From positions 2,610,493-2,674,492 of the forward strand of contig CAXXGO010000006.1 in assembly GCA_963666835.2 (NCBI GenBank): a stretch of DNA of 64,000 bases. Reading direction: 5' to 3'. The notes under the pieces were generated by a model that was not told the origin of the DNA, ran no database searches, and was given only the letters and a program-made list of their open reading frames with translations. Shown one piece after another: positions 59,462-64,000 of the stretch. Origin of the DNA: Phycisphaerae bacterium. GTDB lineage: Bacteria > Planctomycetota > Phycisphaerae > UBA1845. Made by a program: the position numbers and the translations under genes. Position 1 is the first letter of the stretch. Each line of letters opens with the position of its first letter.

Positions 59462-59546
59462 GATGGTACTCCTCGGCTCGCGGGTTCGGGGCTTTCGTGC
59501 GCGGGTAGAATCGACGCAGCGACCCTCTGGGAGAGGATACTTGCCG

Positions 59547-59909
59547 TCAATCGTGTTCCGGGCGTGACCCCGGTTCGGCCTGCGTGCGACGCAGGGCCAT
59601 CAGTAAAGCCCAACCAGCCCACCCGAAAGGCACCGCTAGCACAATCCCCAGCGGCCCGAATATCCCATCAACGGCCCCAATCGTCAAGCCGGTGGTACTG
59701 AACAGCAGCCACAGCCCGGCCAGCGAGGCCACCAGGCGTTGTGGTTGGCTACCTCCGGGCTCGTATCTCAGCCCACAAGCCCGACAATCTCGATACGGCT
59801 TGAGCAGCACGAGCGGACGTTTCTCGCGCAAGTCCTCGACGGGCTTGCTCTCATTTGAACCGCAGTGAGGGCAGACTGCATTAGCGCTATCTCGAAATAG
59901 GGTTATCAT
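59547..59909 (-). CDS. Small zinc-ribbon protein with two transmembrane helices
   Basis: CPHCGS...CRACG followed by two hydrophobic helices; GGAG RBS. Confidence 0.65.
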   Translation of the reverse strand: MITLFRDSANAVCPHCGSNESKPVEDLREKRPLVLLKPYRDCRACGLRYEPGGSQPQRLVASLAGLWLLFSTTGLTIGAVDGIFGPLGIVLAVPFGWAGWALLMALRRTQAEPGSRPEHD

Positions 59910-60031
59910 GGTCTCGCTCCTGATCCGCGTGGCGTTTCTCTGGTCTCCGTATCCGAGGCGTTGCGCTGAAGCGATGGGCCACCTGGCGAAGCAGTCTGTG
60001 ACTGACGGCCTGGGCCTTCTGCGGCGCAGGT

Positions 60032-60460
60032 TCATCGGTGCGGTGCCTTCCTCCTGTTTCTGATCACGTAGGCGATCGCGAGGACGTGCGCACCGAAGAA
60101 AATGCAGCCGCCAGCAATGAGATACTCCGGCACGGCTGCCCATGTTCTTGAGATGTACACGGGATCTTCCGAGTCGACCCGCCGCGCAAAGGCATACGTG
60201 GCGTAGTGAAACACAACGAGCAGGGCGAGCGCAGGCCAGCCATACGCCCTGCGCGCCGCAATCGACAGTAGGAACCCATAAAGACCGTAGAGGAGGACGC
60301 CGGCCAGGAGGACTGGAAACGGGTCAAGGGCTGCCAACGGCGCGAAGAAAAGGTGCAATGGCCGATACGTCCCATGCCCTGCTCCCATCGAGACCAGAGC
60401 GGTGATGCTAAGTCCGACGCCGATCCCCAATCCACATAATGCGCAGGTCTTCACTTTCAT
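60032..60460 (-). CDS. Hypothetical multi-pass membrane protein
   Basis: Four hydrophobic helices; 'GAGHGTY.P' motif. Confidence 0.65.
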   Translation of the reverse strand: MKVKTCALCGLGIGVGLSITALVSMGAGHGTYRPLHLFFAPLAALDPFPVLLAGVLLYGLYGFLLSIAARRAYGWPALALLVVFHYATYAFARRVDSEDPVYISRTWAAVPEYLIAGGCIFFGAHVLAIAYVIRNRRKAPHR

Positions 60461-60653
60461 GGCTCGGCAACTCGCTTAATAGGCGTCCGTCATGAGAGCG
60501 TCCACCAGCATCGTACGGGTTTCATGCTAACGACGCCGCAGCGAGACCGGCGAGCAGAGGATCATGTTCACAAACCCGATCTTAGCGGATACGGTCCCGT
60601 GGTCAAGGGAAAGGGTGTTGCGGTGGCGTTGAGTAGGCGGTCGCGTGATACGA

Positions 60654-61118
60654 CTAGTGGCATCGCAGATCCAGATTGGCGGTGTCGGACTGGAAGATGT
60701 AGACCAGGTAAGCGTTCGTCTTCGTTGGGGGCACGCCCCACGCCTGCCGAGTGTGCAGAAGATAGGGCACGTGGGCGCCTTCGAGTTGCTCATCGGCAAC
60801 CAAGTGGATTTTCACCAAGTGCTCGCTTTCGGCGAGTGCGTCGGCGTACGCGGCCTGAACGTCCGCCCAACTCGTATCGAACTCTCTAAGCTCCGCCACG
60901 AAGAAATCGCAGTGGTTGCCGCTACCCACAAGGATGCCCAGGTCTCGTTCGGTGGATAGCCGTCTCGTACCTACGGGATGTCGGACTCTCGCCAGGACGT
61001 CTGCGTAGTGGTCCAGTTGGGCGTTGTTTATCCGCATGTCGGCGCACGGCCCGCTGAAGTAGATCGCACCTACCGTTACGAACCCACAGAATGCGCCCAG
61101 CCATTTGCGAGAGTTCAT
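60654..61118 (-). CDS. Hypothetical exported or membrane-anchored protein
   Basis: N-terminal hydrophobic helix; ATGA overlap with the upstream stop; ends 'DLRCH'. Confidence 0.6.
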   Translation of the reverse strand: MNSRKWLGAFCGFVTVGAIYFSGPCADMRINNAQLDHYADVLARVRHPVGTRRLSTERDLGILVGSGNHCDFFVAELREFDTSWADVQAAYADALAESEHLVKIHLVADEQLEGAHVPYLLHTRQAWGVPPTKTNAYLVYIFQSDTANLDLRCH

Positions 61119-61612
61119 TGTTCCGTTTCTCGATTGCTCAATAGTCCCAAACGACAACGCTGAACCGAGGAAACCGGCGTACCGCACTCGGGGCATATAC
61201 CACTGGTGTTCCCGGTGAGATTATACGCGCATTTTCTACACGTGTCCCGATCCTGGGTTCTGTGTTGAAACAGGTGGCTGACTCCATGAGTGACAGCGAC
61301 GAAGATCAGCGGGAATGCGATGATGAGGGCTAGATTGCGACAGGCTATGTCCGTAAGGGAATCTTGTACCAGATTGCGATCGTCATTCACCACAAGTAGG
61401 AGGGCCAATGCAAGATAGAGACCCGCCCTAGCTCGAGTCCGGAAGTCGACGTGCCGCGAAGGAATGGATGCGACTACGGCACACACCAGTACCGGAGCAA
61501 CCTCCGCAAGATCCCAGGGGGACCAACGTCGGGGGTGTAGCGTTGGTCTGATACATGAAATCAATATTACAGCAACAACGCTTAGCCGGGCACAGTTACG
61601 GAAGCTAATCAC
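61115..61612 (-). CDS. Membrane protein with C-terminal zinc ribbon
   Basis: Four hydrophobic helices, then CRKCAYNLTGNTSGICPECG. Confidence 0.7.
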   Translation of the reverse strand: MISFRNCARLSVVAVILISCIRPTLHPRRWSPWDLAEVAPVLVCAVVASIPSRHVDFRTRARAGLYLALALLLVVNDDRNLVQDSLTDIACRNLALIIAFPLIFVAVTHGVSHLFQHRTQDRDTCRKCAYNLTGNTSGICPECGTPVSSVQRCRLGLLSNRETEQ

Positions 61613-61718
61613 CGGGCGTTCCTCTGGATTCGTCGGATCCGGTTTGTGGTGTCTCGCCGCTGAGCTATCAGCCTTGTCCAGAGCGAGCGGTATCGTCCAT
61701 CTCGGCTCGCCGCTGTCA

Positions 61719-62219
61719 TTAGACCCGTTGTCTGGAGCAGACTATCTTCGCTTCAATTTCAGTACTGATATACGGCATGCACCACCGAATCAAGTCTGCG
61801 AGGGTCGCGAGCTGCGTCAGGTCCGCCTTTTCCCACGCGTCGACGCCCGCTGCACTCAGGATGCCGGGTATGGCGCATTCTTCGAATAACTCCATCTCAT
61901 CGTCACAATCCAAACCCAGAAAATGGGTGCCGGTGAACGCCAGTTCGTCTGCGAATGAATCTGCTGCGTAGAACTGAGTGGCATTACATCGGAAGGCCCC
62001 GGCCAGGCACTCTGCAACCGCTACGGATGCCTCGTAGGGCAACCCGGTCGGTTCATAGTGTTCGGCGTACCACGTGTTTCGATCGAGACGCGGCCTGGCC
62101 TGGAAGAAACCGCGGCGTTTTCGCCGGGCAGCCCGGTTCCGTCGCATAGCCCAGATCGTTGCAGTGATCGCGGATGCAGCGACGACCGAGATTCCCAGAA
62201 TGAACACGCTTGTCGGCAT
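61719..62219 (-). CDS. Hypothetical membrane-anchored protein
   Basis: N-terminal TM helix, basic patch and acidic helical C-terminus. Confidence 0.55.
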   Translation of the reverse strand: MPTSVFILGISVVAASAITATIWAMRRNRAARRKRRGFFQARPRLDRNTWYAEHYEPTGLPYEASVAVAECLAGAFRCNATQFYAADSFADELAFTGTHFLGLDCDDEMELFEECAIPGILSAAGVDAWEKADLTQLATLADLIRWCMPYISTEIEAKIVCSRQRV

Positions 62220-62239
62220 GTTGCATACTCGGTGAGAGG

Positions 62240-64000
62240 TAATCGCATGAAAGGCTGTCTCCCGCCGGACGGTAGGATGTCCGTTCGGCGGTCGGGAGGA
62301 CCAATAGGGAGACGACCATGAAGAAGGACAGAATGGTAGCGCAGATTGGCTTGGATAGCCACAGGAAGTTCAGCTCGGTGACGGCACGGGGAGAAGACAA
62401 CAGGATTGTATGGCGGCAGCGTCTCGAGCACTGGAATCGGGACGAGGTACGAGAACGCCTGCAGTCTTGGCCGGTTGGGACTCCCGTGATTCTCGAGGGG
62501 ACGTTCGGGTGGGGCTGGTTGGCGGACGAGTTGACCGCGGCGGGGTTGGATCCGCACTTGGCATCGAGTCGGAAAGTGGCTGGCTGGCGGGAGGTTCGGG
62601 GAATCGCGAAGTCCAACCGGACGGATGCAGATCTGTTGTCGGAGCTGTGGTCGGAGAAGTCGCGGTGGTGGGAGGTCTGGCTGGCGCCGCGGGCGGTTCG
62701 GGACGAGCGAGAACGGATGCGGTACCGAATGAGCTTGGTGCAGATGCAGACGCGGCTCAAGAATCAGATTCACGCCATCCTGCATCGGCACGGGATCTTG
62801 CATGAGTTTTCCGACCTTTTCGGCCGGGCCGGCCGGCGTATGTTGGATGGTCTGGTAACGCCGAAGGATGAGACGCTTCGAGCCAGCGCGAAGGCTGCGT
62901 TGAAGGGGTATCTGCAATTGCTCGATCATGTGCGTCGCCAGATTGCACGGGTCACGCGAGAAATTCGCCGGGAGCTCAAGAAGGATCCAAACGGCGAACG
63001 CTTGCGTACGATCCCGGGGATTGACGTGGTTTTGGCGTATACGATTCTGGCGGAGATCGGACGAATCAGCCGATTCCCAAACCGGAAACACTTGGCTTCG
63101 TACGCCTTGTTGGCTCCGCGCGCGGACGACAGCGGTGATGAGGACGATGAGACACCCAAGGGGCGGCATGTGGGACGGATCGGTCGCCGTACGCTGAAAT
63201 GGGCGTTTATCGAGGCCGCCCGCGGCGCAGTACGGAAGGATAAGCGTTTTCGGGAGATCTTTGACCGACGCACAGACGGGGGGAAGAAGGACCGCAATCG
63301 CGGCTACATCACCGTGGCTCACGATTTGACGCGTGTGGTACACGTGATGTGGAAAAAGGAGATCGACTACATGGACGATCCGCCGGATCGTCCACGGACA
63401 GCATCAAAGAAACGCCGTCCGGCAAGAACGGCAAGGAAGCGACTTCGAAAGAAATCTCGTCCGGGAACGGGCCAGCCCGAGGACCCTATGGTCGTTGCTG
63501 TCTGAGAAGACGGCTCCAGGCCTCGTAGTAAATGGGCCGCCCGTACCGGACGAGATCATGCGACCCCGCGCCCGGTGTCCCATGGTGGCATCGGATCGAC
63601 ATCATGTTGTTATGTCGGCAGGCAAGCGGTAGCGCGAATGGATAGATGGACCGATCGAGAGATCTAGTCCGAACCGGTACACGGACGAGACAGATACGAG
63701 AAAGACACTGGGAAACGCCCGCGGGGTCGGGCTTTCCCGCCTACGGCGGAACTGGGGGCGCTGCCCCCAGACCCCCGGAGTTTATCGCTTTGGACCAAGA
63801 GCAGACTGCAGAACATATGATAAGAGGCGTCCACCAGCTACGATGGACGCCCCTGCCCTTGACCAGGTCGTCAAGAGTCTGCCCTCGGGTCTTGCGGGCG
63901 CTCGGGTCGCACTCCTGCGTTGCCCTACCCTCTCGCAAGACAACGCCAGGATAATCGGATTGACCCCAATCGAACAGCCCCGTTGCCTGCCGAATCAGCA
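62240..64000 (+). mobile_element. IS110-family element with IS1111-like layout (short left end, long right non-coding end); probably runs off the window
   Basis: IS110 recombinase ORF followed by at least 495 bp of non-coding DNA with several hairpins; ends approximate. Confidence 0.75.
62318..63505 (+). CDS. IS110 family transposase/recombinase
   Basis: RuvC-like 'GLDSH', 'ILEG', 'KSNRTDA'; 'LRTIPGI...ILAEIG.ISRF....LASYA.L.P...DSG'; GGGAG RBS. Confidence 0.93.
   Translation: MKKDRMVAQIGLDSHRKFSSVTARGEDNRIVWRQRLEHWNRDEVRERLQSWPVGTPVILEGTFGWGWLADELTAAGLDPHLASSRKVAGWREVRGIAKSNRTDADLLSELWSEKSRWWEVWLAPRAVRDERERMRYRMSLVQMQTRLKNQIHAILHRHGILHEFSDLFGRAGRRMLDGLVTPKDETLRASAKAALKGYLQLLDHVRRQIARVTREIRRELKKDPNGERLRTIPGIDVVLAYTILAEIGRISRFPNRKHLASYALLAPRADDSGDEDDETPKGRHVGRIGRRTLKWAFIEAARGAVRKDKRFREIFDRRTDGGKKDRNRGYITVAHDLTRVVHVMWKKEIDYMDDPPDRPRTASKKRRPARTARKRLRKKSRPGTGQPEDPMVVAV

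Noticed and set aside
60498..60509. 12-bp match (GCGTCCACCAGC) to a hairpin in the IS110 right end (~63827)
   Set aside because: Too short to distinguish from chance in a 64-kb GC-rich window, and not at the insertion flank.
60524..60634. Possible integron attC site on the minus strand (ACTCAAC ... GTTAGC with partial complementarity)
   Set aside because: Only the outer ~12 bp pair; there is no inner stem or L boxes, no similar site in neighbouring spacers, and no intI in the window.

Overview
GC-rich bacterial chromosome segment, most likely Planctomycetota (Phycisphaerae-like). This is inferred from gene content: Cys-rich cohesin/dockerin-like secreted proteins, CxxCxY(N/D/S)L...CPECG zinc-ribbon membrane proteins and PurL with a PurS-like N-terminus. 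Layout from left to right: (1-9.4 kb) secreted proteins, a LuxR-type HTH gene and tRNA-Ala; (11.7-18.4 kb) a co-oriented array of six short genes separated by a ~210-370 bp REP-doublet repeat, with a group II intron inserted in one repeat copy; (18.5-29.7 kb) a Wzx/Wzy polysaccharide cluster; (29.9-57 kb) housekeeping genes (clpS, trpC, sigma70, rpsA, rpmH, rnc, tsaB, yidC, purL, purQ); (57.1-62.2 kb) REP tandem repeats and a second run of small co-oriented immunity-like genes; (62.2-64 kb) an IS110-family element with a long structured 3' non-coding region. The best candidate for an undescribed system is the REP-doublet-delimited, integron-like cassette array targeted by a group II intron. 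Other oddities: a C10 peptidase lacking its catalytic Cys, a 30-bp-phased palindrome array upstream of it, a sigma factor that appears to start at ATC, and a frameshifted clpS. All calls come from reading motifs by eye; no database searches were run.
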